From an uncultured Prevotella sp. (lineage in GTDB: Bacteria > Bacteroidota > Bacteroidia > Bacteroidales > Bacteroidaceae): 64,000 bases of DNA. A model generated the notes under the pieces. That model did no database searches. It was not told the origin of the DNA and saw only the letters and a program-made list of their open reading frames with translations. The stretch is from NCBI GenBank assembly GCA_945830055.1, contig CALZXH010000002.1:17737-81736 (forward strand), read 5' to 3'. Each line of letters starts with the position of its first letter. Within the stretch, counting starts at the first letter, position 1. The translations under genes and the position numbers were made by a program. Shown in pieces: positions 39,311 through 48,898 of the stretch.

Positions 39311-39619
39311 TTAGAGTTGAATGATAGGTTTGACGATGTCAAAACGCAGGCCTAAGGCGGAAAGGATTCTAAGAAACCGAGAAGAACTGGGCTCCACCAA
39401 GCCATTCTCTATCTTGGAGATATATGACTTATTGGTGCCAATCTGTTTGGCAAGTGCTTCTTGGGTCATCTTCTCTTGCTTGTGTGCCTCTAATATAATC
39501 TGACCTATGCAATAAGTATCTGCCCCTCGATTGAAGGTCTCACGCTCAGGTGTGCCGGGCTTTCCATATTGGGCATCCATGATTTCATCAAAACTGTGCA
39601 GATTACTGTTTGTCTGCAT
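39311..39619 (-). CDS. XRE/HigA-like antitoxin (HTH)
   Basis: YGKPGTPERETF N-terminus and MTQEALAKQIGTNKSYISKIENG HTH. Confidence 0.88.
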   Translation of the reverse strand: MQTNSNLHSFDEIMDAQYGKPGTPERETFNRGADTYCIGQIILEAHKQEKMTQEALAKQIGTNKSYISKIENGLVEPSSSRFLRILSALGLRFDIVKPIIQL

Positions 39620-39677
39620 CTAATGAGTTGTAGAAGTCAATGAAATAGTGCTTATAATATTGTATTTCACGATTCAT
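39603..39677 (-). pseudogene. RelE/HigB-like toxin collapsed to 24 aa (MNREIQYYKHYFIDFYNSLDADKQ)
   Basis: Directly follows promoter TATTTTTG (39682-39689). N-terminus resembles Bacteroidales HigB-like toxins (YKHYFIDFYNSL). The last codons overlap the antitoxin ATG. Confidence 0.7.
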
Positions 39678-39768
39678 ACTGCAAAAATACAAATAAAGTT
39701 TATATATATGGAATTTGTATTATTAAGGCAATATTTTGTCAGCAATTAGGGCTTTCGGTAGTTGTAAG

Positions 39769-39846
39769 TCCGTGTTTTCTGTGCCAAAAAGAGTAAGAGG
39801 CGTGCCTTAAAAAAGCCGTGTAATCCGTGTAATCCGTGCCTAAAAA
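39769..39846. repeat. CACGGA-family REP-like repeat cluster
   Basis: TCCGTGTTTTCTGTGCCAAAAA and CCGTGTAATCCGTGTAATCCGTGCCTAAAAA (39816-39846). Confidence 0.8.
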
Positions 39847-39858
39847 GCAAGAGACATG

Positions 39859-39898
39859 AAAAAAAGCACGGATTACACTCATTAGTGCAATCCGTGCT
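39859..39898 (-). terminator. gdhA terminator built from the CACGGATT repeat unit
   Basis: AGCACGGATTACACT-CATT-AGTGCAATCCGTGCT hairpin with a T run on the minus strand. Confidence 0.75.
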
Positions 39899-39923
39899 GA
39901 TTATCTGTGGAATATGAAAAGGC

Positions 39924-41261
39924 TTACACGATGCCTTGTGCCATCATGGCCTTAGCCACTTTCATGAAGCCTGCCACGTTGGCGCCCTTGACGTAGTTGA
40001 TGTAGCCGTCGGGCTGTGTGCCATACTTCACGCAGTTCTCGTGGATATCCTTCATGATGAGTTTCAGACGGTTGTCAACCTCCTCTGCGGTCCAGCTCAG
40101 ACGCTCGGAGTTCTGGCTCATCTCCAGACCGGAAACTGCCACACCGCCGGCATTGGAAGCCTTTCCGGGAGCATAGAGGATCTTGGCATCCTGGAACGCC
40201 TTGACTGCCTCGGGAGTAGAAGGCATGTTGGCACCCTCAGCCACGGCAATCACACCGTTGTTGACCAGGGTCTGTGCCTCTTCGCCATTGATTTCGTTCT
40301 GTGTAGCGCAAGGCAGGGCGATGTCAGCCACTTCCTTCCAAGGACGCTCGCCAGCATGATATACGGCGTTGGGATATTCGTCGGCATACTCCTTGATACG
40401 TCCGCGCTCGATATTCTTGAGTTCCATCACGAAGTCGAGTTTTGCACGATCGATACCGTCGGGGTCGTAGATATAGCCGTCAGAGTCAGAGAGGGTGAGC
40501 ACCTTGGCACCCAACTGGATGCACTTCTCGGTGGCATACTGAGCCACATTACCCGAACCCGAGATAAGCACCTTCTTGCCTTCGAGCGAGATGCCCCTTG
40601 TCTCAAGCATGGAGAGGAGGAAATAAACGGTACCATAACCGGTAGCCTCAGGACGGATGAGAGAACCGCCGAACTCACGGCCCTTGCCGGTGAGCACACC
40701 GCTCCATTCGTGGGTGAGTTTCTTGTACATTCCGAACATGAAGCCTACCTCACGGCCGCCCACGCCGATATCTCCGGCAGGCACATCCTCGTCGGGACCG
40801 ATGTGGCGATAGAGTTCGGTCATGAAAGCCTGGCAGAAGCGCATCACTTCGCCCTCGCTCTTACCACGGGGAGAGAAGTCGGAACCACCCTTGGCTCCAC
40901 CCATTGGCAATGTGGTAAGAGAATTCTTGAATGTCTGCTCGAATGCAAGGAACTTGAGGATTCCGAGGTTAACAGACTTGTGGAAACGGATACCGCCCTT
41001 GTACGGACCGATAACGTTGTTGTGCTGGATGCGATAACCCATGTTGGTCTGCACCTTGCCCTGGTCGTCGGTCCAGGTAACTCTGAACTCAATCACCCTG
41101 TCGGGGATGCAAAGACGCTCCACGAGGTTGTATTTCTCAAATTCGGGATGCTTGTTGTACTCTTCTTCGATGGTGGGAAGCACCTGACTCACTGCCTGAA
41201 TATACTCAGGTTCATTGGGGAATCGCTGCTGCAATTCCGCTACTACTTTAGCTGCGTTCAT
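39924..41261 (-). CDS. gdhA: Glutamate dehydrogenase (NAD(P)-dependent, hexameric)
   Basis: GPYKGGIRFH, LPMGGAKGG, DVPAGDIG, RPEATGYG, GSGNVA, EGANMP. Confidence 0.97.
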   Translation of the reverse strand: MNAAKVVAELQQRFPNEPEYIQAVSQVLPTIEEEYNKHPEFEKYNLVERLCIPDRVIEFRVTWTDDQGKVQTNMGYRIQHNNVIGPYKGGIRFHKSVNLGILKFLAFEQTFKNSLTTLPMGGAKGGSDFSPRGKSEGEVMRFCQAFMTELYRHIGPDEDVPAGDIGVGGREVGFMFGMYKKLTHEWSGVLTGKGREFGGSLIRPEATGYGTVYFLLSMLETRGISLEGKKVLISGSGNVAQYATEKCIQLGAKVLTLSDSDGYIYDPDGIDRAKLDFVMELKNIERGRIKEYADEYPNAVYHAGERPWKEVADIALPCATQNEINGEEAQTLVNNGVIAVAEGANMPSTPEAVKAFQDAKILYAPGKASNAGGVAVSGLEMSQNSERLSWTAEEVDNRLKLIMKDIHENCVKYGTQPDGYINYVKGANVAGFMKVAKAMMAQGIV

Positions 41262-41443
41262 TCTTTTTTGGTTATTATGTTTGACTTTATATAACTATTT
41301 CGTTGTTTGCGTTTGCAAAGATATTACTTTTTTGATAAAAAGCAAACAAAAAGTAACTTTATTTTGATATTTTCTTACTTTTAATCTTATTCAGCACATT
41401 CCTGCATGAAATATGCAATCTATATGCAGAAATCGGGGCAAAT

Positions 41444-41485
41444 AGAAGAAACAAGGGAGCCCCACCCCATCGGGAGACTCCCTTG
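41444..41485 (-). terminator. Terminator after maeB
   Basis: CAAGGGAG ... CTCCCTTG stem with a T-rich tail on the minus strand. Confidence 0.65.
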
Positions 41486-41507
41486 CCTGTTTGTCAGTAT
41501 ATTGGTT

Positions 41508-43799
41508 TTACTTCACCTTCTGCTTGAGTTTGTCCACGTAAGCGTCAATCACGGCAATGGCGGTAATGTTGACCACATCCCTCACCGAAGAGCCGAAGTC
41601 GGTGAAGTGGATAGGCTTGTTAAGACCCATCTGCACAGGACCGATAATCTCGACATCCGTATTCAGCGCCTGCAGCATCTTGTAACTGGAGCGGGCACTG
41701 GTAAGGTTGGGGAATATCAGGGTATTCACATCCTTGCCGTAGAGCTTGTTGAACGGATAGAGTTCGTCGCGCATCTCCCTGTTGAGGGCGAAGCCTATCT
41801 GCATCTCTCCGTCGATAGCCATCTGGGGCTCCTCCTGTTGCAGGATAGCCACCGCCTTACGCACCTTGCGTGATCCCTCCGAGGTGTCAGAACCGAAGTT
41901 GGAATGGCTCACCATGGCGATATTTGCCTTCTCGTTGAAGAAGCCCACCGCCTTGGCACTGAGTTTCGCCAAGTCCACCAGTTCTTCGGTATTGGGATTG
42001 TTGTTGATGAGGGTATCGGCAAGGAACAGGGTGCCTTTGGGCGAGTTGATGATGTGCATGGTACCGAAATGGTTGTATTCCGGACGGATGCCTATCACCT
42101 CCTTGGCCACCTTGATGGTGTTGGAGTACTTGGTGTAAAGACCCGTGATGAAGGCGTCAGCCTCTCCTGTCTCCACCATCATCATACCGAAGTAGTTGCG
42201 CTCGAACATCTTGTCATTAGCCTCCTGGAAGGTGTAACCGTCGCGCTGGCGTTTCTGGGTGAGCAGACGGGCGAAGCGCTCGCGCCTTTCAGCCTCCCGG
42301 TCATGTCTGAGGTTGACAATCTCTATTCCGTCGAGCGAGAGTTCCAGTTCCTTTGCGAGCTTCACGATACGCTCGTCGTTGCCCAGCAGGATGGGCTGGC
42401 AGATGCCCTCAGCCTTTGCCTGTACGGCAGCCTTGAGCATGGTAGGATGGATGCCTTCGGCAAACACCACTCTCTGTGGGTGATTGCGGGCGGTATCATA
42501 GAGTTTCTGTGTCAGTTTGGTCTCCTGTCCTAGCATCTCGCGCAGACGGTTCTTGTAGGCATTCCAGTCGGTAATCTGCTTGCGAGCCACACGACTCTCC
42601 ATGGCAGCCTTTGCCACAGCAGCACTCACCTCGGTAATCAAGCGCGGATCGACGGGCTTCGGGATAAAGTAATCAGGACCGAATGTAAGGTTGTTCACCT
42701 TATATACATCGTTCACCACATCGGGCACGGGCTGCTTAGCCAGTTCGGCGATGGCAAGCACGGCAGCCATCTTCATCTCTTCGTTGATGGCTGTGGCATG
42801 CACGTCGAGGGCACCTCTGAAGATATAGGGGAAACCAATAACGTTGTTTATCTGGTTGGGATAGTCGGAACGGCCGGTGGACATGAGCACATCGGGACGG
42901 CTTGCCATGGCATCCTCGTAACTGATTTCGGGCACGGGGTTGGCAAGGGCGAACACGATGGGCGCATCAGCCATGGAGCGTACCATGTCTTGTGTGAGCA
43001 CGTTGCCTTTGGAGAGACCTACGAACACGTCGGCTCCCTTGACAGCCTCCTCCAAGGTGTGTATGTCGCAACGGGTAGTGGCAAAGAACTTCTTCTGCTC
43101 AGTAAGGTTCTCGCGGTCAACAGATATGACGCCCTTAGAATCGAGCATCACGATATTCTCCTTCTTTGCGCCGAGTGCCATATACAGTTTGGTACAGCTG
43201 ATGGCAGCGGCACCGGCACCGTTCACCACAATCTTCACCTTACTGATATCCTTGCCGTTCACCTCCAGGGCGTTCTTCAATCCGGCTGCGCTGATGATGG
43301 CAGTACCGTGCTGGTCGTCGTGCATCACGGGGATATCCAGCGTCTGCTTCAGTCTGTTCTCGATGTAGAAGCACTCGGGAGCCTTGATGTCTTCCAGGTT
43401 GATACCTCCAAAGGTAGGAGCAATCTTCTCTACCGCCTCGCAGAACTTCTCGGGGTCTTTCTCAGCCACCTCGATATCAAACACGTCTATGCCGCCATAG
43501 ATCTTGAAGAGCAGTCCTTTTCCCTCCATCACGGGTTTGCCGCTCAGGGCTCCGATATCGCCCAGACCGAGCACTGCCGTACCGTTGCTGATTACCGCCA
43601 CAAGATTTCCCTTGTCGGTATATTTATAGGCATCGTCGGGATTCTGCTGTATCTCCAGACAGGGGAATGCCACACCGGGCGAATATGCCAAACTCAGGTC
43701 GGTCTGTGTGCGATAGGCCTTGGTCGGCTTCACTTCGATTTTGCCGGGTCTGCCGTTCTCGTGATAAAGGAGAGCGGCTTCTTTTGAAATCTTTACCAT
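41508..43799 (-). CDS. maeB: NADP-dependent malic enzyme with PTA-like domain
   Basis: [36 protein letters not shown]; C-terminal IDGEMQ/LIFPNL PTA domain. Confidence 0.96.
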   Translation of the reverse strand: MVKISKEAALLYHENGRPGKIEVKPTKAYRTQTDLSLAYSPGVAFPCLEIQQNPDDAYKYTDKGNLVAVISNGTAVLGLGDIGALSGKPVMEGKGLLFKIYGGIDVFDIEVAEKDPEKFCEAVEKIAPTFGGINLEDIKAPECFYIENRLKQTLDIPVMHDDQHGTAIISAAGLKNALEVNGKDISKVKIVVNGAGAAAISCTKLYMALGAKKENIVMLDSKGVISVDRENLTEQKKFFATTRCDIHTLEEAVKGADVFVGLSKGNVLTQDMVRSMADAPIVFALANPVPEISYEDAMASRPDVLMSTGRSDYPNQINNVIGFPYIFRGALDVHATAINEEMKMAAVLAIAELAKQPVPDVVNDVYKVNNLTFGPDYFIPKPVDPRLITEVSAAVAKAAMESRVARKQITDWNAYKNRLREMLGQETKLTQKLYDTARNHPQRVVFAEGIHPTMLKAAVQAKAEGICQPILLGNDERIVKLAKELELSLDGIEIVNLRHDREAERRERFARLLTQKRQRDGYTFQEANDKMFERNYFGMMMVETGEADAFITGLYTKYSNTIKVAKEVIGIRPEYNHFGTMHIINSPKGTLFLADTLINNNPNTEELVDLAKLSAKAVGFFNEKANIAMVSHSNFGSDTSEGSRKVRKAVAILQQEEPQMAIDGEMQIGFALNREMRDELYPFNKLYGKDVNTLIFPNLTSARSSYKMLQALNTDVEIIGPVQMGLNKPIHFTDFGSSVRDVVNITAIAVIDAYVDKLKQKVK

Positions 43800-43961
43800 A
43801 ATTCTGTGTTTGATTTATGTGTATTTAATAATGTAGAGACAGAAAAAAGTGTCCTTATTCAAAGAATGAGTGGCAAAGTTACTAAAAACCAATGGAAAAA
43901 TAGTTCGTTTGTTTTGTATTTTTCGTATCTTTGTTGCAAGATAACGCCAAAATACATATCC

Positions 43962-44600
43962 ATGCACTTTTTAAAACAAAATACCGAACACAAACAGCAA
44001 CTGAAATCCAAGGTACTGGATGTAGCCAAACGCATGTTTCTGGAAAAGGGAGTCAAAGCGGTCAAGATGGACGACATATCGGGCGTGCTGTCTATCTCGA
44101 AACGCACGCTGTATGAGATATACGGAAACAAGGAGGACCTGTTGCTGGAGGTGTTGCACCTGATGAAGAAAGAGTGTATGGAGAAGTTTCTGGAGGTGAG
44201 CAAGGAGAACAGTACGGTGATTGACGACTTCATCTCCTTCTGCAAGTTCCAGACGGAATTCATGAAAAACCTGTCGCCCGCGTTTATCACCGACTTGCAG
44301 AAATACCCCAAGGCACAGGAGCATCTGACAGCCCATAACGAAGAAGCCAGGCAGCATGCCCTGTCGTTCTTCAAACGTGGCGTGGAAGAGGGATTCTTCC
44401 TGCCGCATCTGGATTATGCGCTCATCTGCGACATGCTGGAGATACAGCGCCAGCACGTCATCTCGTCACATCTGTACTGCACCCATTCCTTTGAAGAACT
44501 GTTCTACAACTTTACCGTCACCTCGCTGCGCGGCTACTGCACATCCAAAGGAATTGCGCAATTAGACTCGTTCCTTTACCAGCAACTGAACGAAGCCTAA
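43962..44600 (+). CDS. TetR/AcrR family regulator
   Basis: GVKAVKMDDISGVLSISKRTLYEIYGNKEDLL. Promoter TATCTTTG at 43926-43933. Confidence 0.92.
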   Translation: MHFLKQNTEHKQQLKSKVLDVAKRMFLEKGVKAVKMDDISGVLSISKRTLYEIYGNKEDLLLEVLHLMKKECMEKFLEVSKENSTVIDDFISFCKFQTEFMKNLSPAFITDLQKYPKAQEHLTAHNEEARQHALSFFKRGVEEGFFLPHLDYALICDMLEIQRQHVISSHLYCTHSFEELFYNFTVTSLRGYCTSKGIAQLDSFLYQQLNEA

Positions 44601-44639
44601 CTGCGCAAAACATTCGTGTGCATCACAGGCATCACTCTC

Positions 44640-46157
44640 TTATTGATGCTGTTCTCTCAGCAGGTCATTGACGGTCTTCACGGGATTGAAGGTAGAGAGC
44701 GGAACCTCTACAAATACCGTATTCCAGTCGCTCATGGCGCCATTCCACAAGCCGGGCAACTCGAGTGCTTTCAGTTCCCTGCCGTTCTTGCTCTTGGAAG
44801 AGATGAAGCCGGTTGACTTGTCCACATATCTGGTAAGGTCGAACTTATCGCCCTTGCAGTCCTTCAATGCGCAAACCAGATCCACAGGATTGAAGTGGGT
44901 GCCCTTGACAAACATATCCACATACTCCTGATTGCTCTTGTCTATCTGGCTGCTTTCGAGAATCTGCGAGCTCACACTGCCGTCGCTGTTATAGGTAAGG
45001 AACGGACCACCTCCGGGTTCGCCCACATTCTTCACGACACCGCAGACACGCATGGGTCTGTTGAGCTTGTTCTTCAGATAGATGACCAGATCGGCATCCT
45101 CCAGGTTCTTGATATCCTCGTTGCGGCAGCAGAGGTCACGCTGTACGAAGCGGATAATCTTCTCCAAGGTATCGTGACTGTAACTGCCGCTCTCCAACTG
45201 CTGCAGATAGTCGAAAGCCTGCTTCTGCAATGCCACCAACACACCGGCAAGCACCTTCTTGTATTTCACGGTATCGTCCTTAATCCTGTCGGGCACCACA
45301 TTGTCGATGTTCTTCACAAACACGATGTCGGCATCAATGTTGTTCAGGTTGGCTATCAAGGCACCGTGGCCGCCGGGTCTGAACACCAGTCTGCCCTTGT
45401 CGTCGCGGAACGGTGTGTTATCCACATTGGCTGCGATGGTGTCGGTGCTGGGCAACTGCTCTGACATGCTCACCTCGTACTTCACGCCAAATTCCTTCTC
45501 ATAGACAGGAAGCACGGCCTTGATCTTGCTCTCGAAAAGGGCACGGTGCTCATGGCTCACCGTGAAATGGATGGCCACCACCCCTTTGCTGCCTGCGTAC
45601 AGCGCACCTTCCACCAGGTGCTCTTCCACCGGTGTACGGGTAGTGCCTGCATAGGTATGGAATTCGAGCAGTCCTTTGGGCAACTGGCCGTAGTTGAGCC
45701 CGGTCTCTTCAAGCAGGTTCTTCACGACTGCCTTGTACTCGCCTTTCTCCACAAGCGCGTCAATACCGCATCCCTGGTTCTTCTGGCATACGGCATCCAA
45801 CTGGTTGAAGAAAGCGAACTGATGGATATGTCCAAAGAAGTTCTTCTCGAAATCCGTGGTGGGTGCATCGTATCCGGCATCCACAAAGGCGAACAGATCC
45901 TTGAACATTCGGCTGGCGGCTCCCGAAGCGGGAACGAACTTCACTATATCCTTGCCCTCTGCCTTATAGTTCTCCCAAATTGAGACATAATTGTCACATT
46001 CGGCATCATCGCATGCCAATATACCATTGCCTATGGCGGCGGCAGCCTTCAGCTTCAGGAAGGGGAACCCGTTTTTGAAATCCTCCAACTGGCTCTCTAC
46101 CTGAGCTGCTGAAATCCCTTTGCTTTCAAACAGTTTTAAGTCGTCTTGTGTAAACAT
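44640..46157 (-). CDS. DUF4301 family protein (nucleotidyltransferase-like)
   Basis: KFVPASGAASRMFK, FRPGGHGAL, FVKNIDNV, GEPGGGPF, ELPGLWNG, FNPVKT. Confidence 0.9.
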   Translation of the reverse strand: MFTQDDLKLFESKGISAAQVESQLEDFKNGFPFLKLKAAAAIGNGILACDDAECDNYVSIWENYKAEGKDIVKFVPASGAASRMFKDLFAFVDAGYDAPTTDFEKNFFGHIHQFAFFNQLDAVCQKNQGCGIDALVEKGEYKAVVKNLLEETGLNYGQLPKGLLEFHTYAGTTRTPVEEHLVEGALYAGSKGVVAIHFTVSHEHRALFESKIKAVLPVYEKEFGVKYEVSMSEQLPSTDTIAANVDNTPFRDDKGRLVFRPGGHGALIANLNNIDADIVFVKNIDNVVPDRIKDDTVKYKKVLAGVLVALQKQAFDYLQQLESGSYSHDTLEKIIRFVQRDLCCRNEDIKNLEDADLVIYLKNKLNRPMRVCGVVKNVGEPGGGPFLTYNSDGSVSSQILESSQIDKSNQEYVDMFVKGTHFNPVDLVCALKDCKGDKFDLTRYVDKSTGFISSKSKNGRELKALELPGLWNGAMSDWNTVFVEVPLSTFNPVKTVNDLLREQHQ

Positions 46158-46256
46158 AATTAATAAGATTTGGTAAACGTTTTTTAGATGCACAAATATA
46201 TCAATTATTTTGCTAACAACAAAATCAAACGGAAGGATTTTGAAATGGGGAAGAGA

Positions 46257-46332
46257 TTTTTAGGCACAGATTACACAGCGTTTTACGCCATTCTGTTTTT
46301 TTTGGCACGGATTACACGGATTGACACGGATT
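46257..46332 (+). repeat. CACGGA-family REP-like repeats (third locus)
   Basis: TTTTTAGGCACAGATTACACAG and TTTTTGGCACGGATTACACGGATTGACACGGATT. Confidence 0.8.
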
Positions 46333-46390
46333 GCAAAAAGACCTATAGGGAAGATAGCAGACCTCTTGGGTAGGGGGTATATGTTTATTT

Positions 46391-46509
46391 TGCAGGTAAC
46401 AAGGTAACAAAGTAACATTCCGATTTTTTCATCACGAGGAAAATAATTTTTCTTCCCGACCCAGATGCCGTCGGCAGGAAAATGTTACTTTGTTACCTTG
46501 TTACCTGCA
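46391..46509. mobile_element. MITE-like element with perfect 29-bp terminal inverted repeats
   Basis: TGCAGGTAACAAGGTAACAAAGTAACATT at 46391-46419 and its exact reverse complement at 46481-46509, flanked on both sides by TTTATTT. Confidence 0.65.
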
Positions 46510-46588
46510 TTTATTTGTATGGTATAGGGTGCCCACACATTCCCCCAAGGGAGGGATGAACTAAAGTATAGACGTCTTAAGGTACGGA

Positions 46589-47995
46589 TTACATGGTGCT
46601 GCTGCCGTCGAAGCAGTGGGTACACACGCGCTCCTTGGGCAAGCCTATCGACTTGATGAGCGACTCGATGGTATTGAACTTCAAGGTGGTGAGTCCCAAG
46701 CGTCGAGCAATCTCGTTGACCATTCTCTTGTATTCCGGAGAATCGGTAGTGGCATACGCCTCAAGGTTCTTACGATGGTCGCCCTCTAAATCGCGTATGA
46801 TGCAACGGGTAATCAGTTCCAAATCGTCTTTGGAGGAGGTGAAGCCGATAAACGGACAGCCATACACCAAGGGAGGACATGAGATGCGGGCATGGACTTC
46901 CTTGGCTCCATACTCGAAGAACATGCGCACGTTGTCGCGCAACTGGGTGCCGCGTACAATGGAGTCGTCGCAGAACACTACCCTCTTGTTGTTGAGAATG
47001 GCGCGGTTGGGTATCAGTTTCATCCTTGCCACGAGATTGCGCCTGGTCTGGTTGCTGGGAGTAAAGCTTCTTGGCCAGGTGGGAGTATATTTCAATACCG
47101 CCCTCTTGTACGGTATCTTGTGACCCTCTGAATAGCCCAGAGCGAAGCCTACGCCTGAATCGGGTATTCCGCAAACGCAGTCGGCCTCGATATCATCAGA
47201 CTCACCCATCAGCTTGCCGTTGTTTTCGCGCATCGCTTCCACGTTGATGCCCTCGTAGTCGCTGGCGGGGAACCCGTAATACACCCAAAGGAAAGAGCAT
47301 ATCTGGCACTTGCTGAAGGGCTTTTGCAGCACTTCCTCGCCCTCGGCATGGATGCGCACTATCTCGCCCGGTCCCAAGTCCCTGACCGTCTGGAAATCGA
47401 GGTTGGGGAATGCCGACGTCTCGCTGGTGGCGGCATAGGCACCCTCCTTTTTACCCAGCACGATGGGAGTGCGCCCCCATTTGTCGCGCGCACAGATGAT
47501 GCCGTCCTCGGTAAGTACGAGCATGGAGCAAGAGCCCTTGACCTTTTCATAGACCAGGTTGATGCCTTCCACGAAAGTCTTGCCCATATTGATGAGTAAA
47601 GCCACCAGTTCGGTCTGGTTCAGCTTGTTGGCAGACATCTCGCTGAGGTGCATCTTCTTGGACAGCAGTTCCTCGGCGATTTCCTGTTGGTTGTTGATCT
47701 TCGCTACAGTAACCACGGCATACCTGCCCAAATGAGAATTGACGATAATAGGCTGCGGGTCGGTATCGCTGATGACACCCAGTCCCTGGTTGCCGTGGAA
47801 GGTGTGCAGTTCGTCCTCGAACTTAGAGCGGAAATAGTCGCGTTCCAGACTGTGAATAGACCTGCTGAAGCCCAACTCCTTGTCAAAGGTTACCATACCG
47901 GCACGCTTGGTGCCTAAATGCGAATTATAATCTGTTCCATAAAAGAGGTCTTCAACACACTCTTTCTTGGAAATCGTTCCAAAAAAACCACCCAT
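46589..47995 (-). CDS. purF: Amidophosphoribosyltransferase
   Basis: RDKWGRTP, CSFLWVYY, IPDSG, PRT motif VVFCDDSIVRGT, Fe-S cysteines (CPF, CTHC). N-terminus is MGGFFG, with no Cys1. Confidence 0.92.
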   Translation of the reverse strand: MGGFFGTISKKECVEDLFYGTDYNSHLGTKRAGMVTFDKELGFSRSIHSLERDYFRSKFEDELHTFHGNQGLGVISDTDPQPIIVNSHLGRYAVVTVAKINNQQEIAEELLSKKMHLSEMSANKLNQTELVALLINMGKTFVEGINLVYEKVKGSCSMLVLTEDGIICARDKWGRTPIVLGKKEGAYAATSETSAFPNLDFQTVRDLGPGEIVRIHAEGEEVLQKPFSKCQICSFLWVYYGFPASDYEGINVEAMRENNGKLMGESDDIEADCVCGIPDSGVGFALGYSEGHKIPYKRAVLKYTPTWPRSFTPSNQTRRNLVARMKLIPNRAILNNKRVVFCDDSIVRGTQLRDNVRMFFEYGAKEVHARISCPPLVYGCPFIGFTSSKDDLELITRCIIRDLEGDHRKNLEAYATTDSPEYKRMVNEIARRLGLTTLKFNTIESLIKSIGLPKERVCTHCFDGSSTM

Positions 47996-48157
47996 AAGAT
48001 ATTAAATTTACGGTTTGCAAAATTATACATTTTTTTCAAAAAGCAATCATATAGGACGCATTTTTATTACAACTTCATTACGATTAGGAAAACACAGGGA
48101 GCATAAAAACGGGGGAGATATTTTGCAGTGTCGCCAAGTTGTTGTATTTTTGCAGGC

Positions 48158-48898
48158 ATGACAGAAACAACATCATCGGGTTTTGACATTATCATAGTAG
48201 AGGATGTGCCCCTGGAACTGAAGGGAACGGAAGGCATCGTGCATCATGAAGTGCCCGAGGCAAGGATTATCGGCACCGCATCCAACGAGGACGACTTCTG
48301 GGAACTTATCAACAAGAAGCCCGTACATATGGTGTTGCTCGACTTAGGACTGGGCGGTTCCACCACCATCGGGGTGGAGATATGCGAGGCACTGAAGCAG
48401 AAATATCCGCAGACAAAGGTGATGGTGTTCACAGGAGAAATACTCAACGAGGCATTATGGGTGGACATCTTGAACGCCGGCGCCGACGGCATTGCCTTGA
48501 AATGCGGCGAAATGCTGACCAGACAGGACATCCTGAACGTGATGCAAGGGAAAAAGAATGTCTTTAACCAGCCCATCCTGGAGCGTATCGTGGAGGTATT
48601 CAAGACGGTGGTAAGCAAATCACAGAAGCACTTCGACGCCATGATACGCTATGAGATAGACGAATATGACGAGCGTTTCCTGAGACATCTCGCACTGGGC
48701 TACACCAAGGAGCAGATAGCCAATCTCAGAGGCATGCCCTTCGGCACCAAGAGTCTGGAAAAGCGGCAGAACGAGCTCATACAGAAACTGTTTCCGCAAG
48801 GGGGCAAGGAGATGGGCGTCAATGCTACCCGACTGGTGGTCAAGGCGATAGAATTGGGAATTATCGAAGTGAACCAACTAAATCCAGACGAATGTTGA
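48158..48898 (+). CDS. Response regulator (REC + LuxR-like HTH)
   Basis: IIIVED, VLLDLGL, VFTG, ALK; C-terminal LALGYTKEQIA...LEKRQNELIQKL. Confidence 0.85.
   Translation: MTETTSSGFDIIIVEDVPLELKGTEGIVHHEVPEARIIGTASNEDDFWELINKKPVHMVLLDLGLGGSTTIGVEICEALKQKYPQTKVMVFTGEILNEALWVDILNAGADGIALKCGEMLTRQDILNVMQGKKNVFNQPILERIVEVFKTVVSKSQKHFDAMIRYEIDEYDERFLRHLALGYTKEQIANLRGMPFGTKSLEKRQNELIQKLFPQGGKEMGVNATRLVVKAIELGIIEVNQLNPDEC

Noticed and set aside
39936-41294. 452-aa ORF antisense to gdhA (likewise 42798-43787 and 56448-57737)
   Set aside because: Typical stop-free antisense frames of highly biased genes; no motifs.
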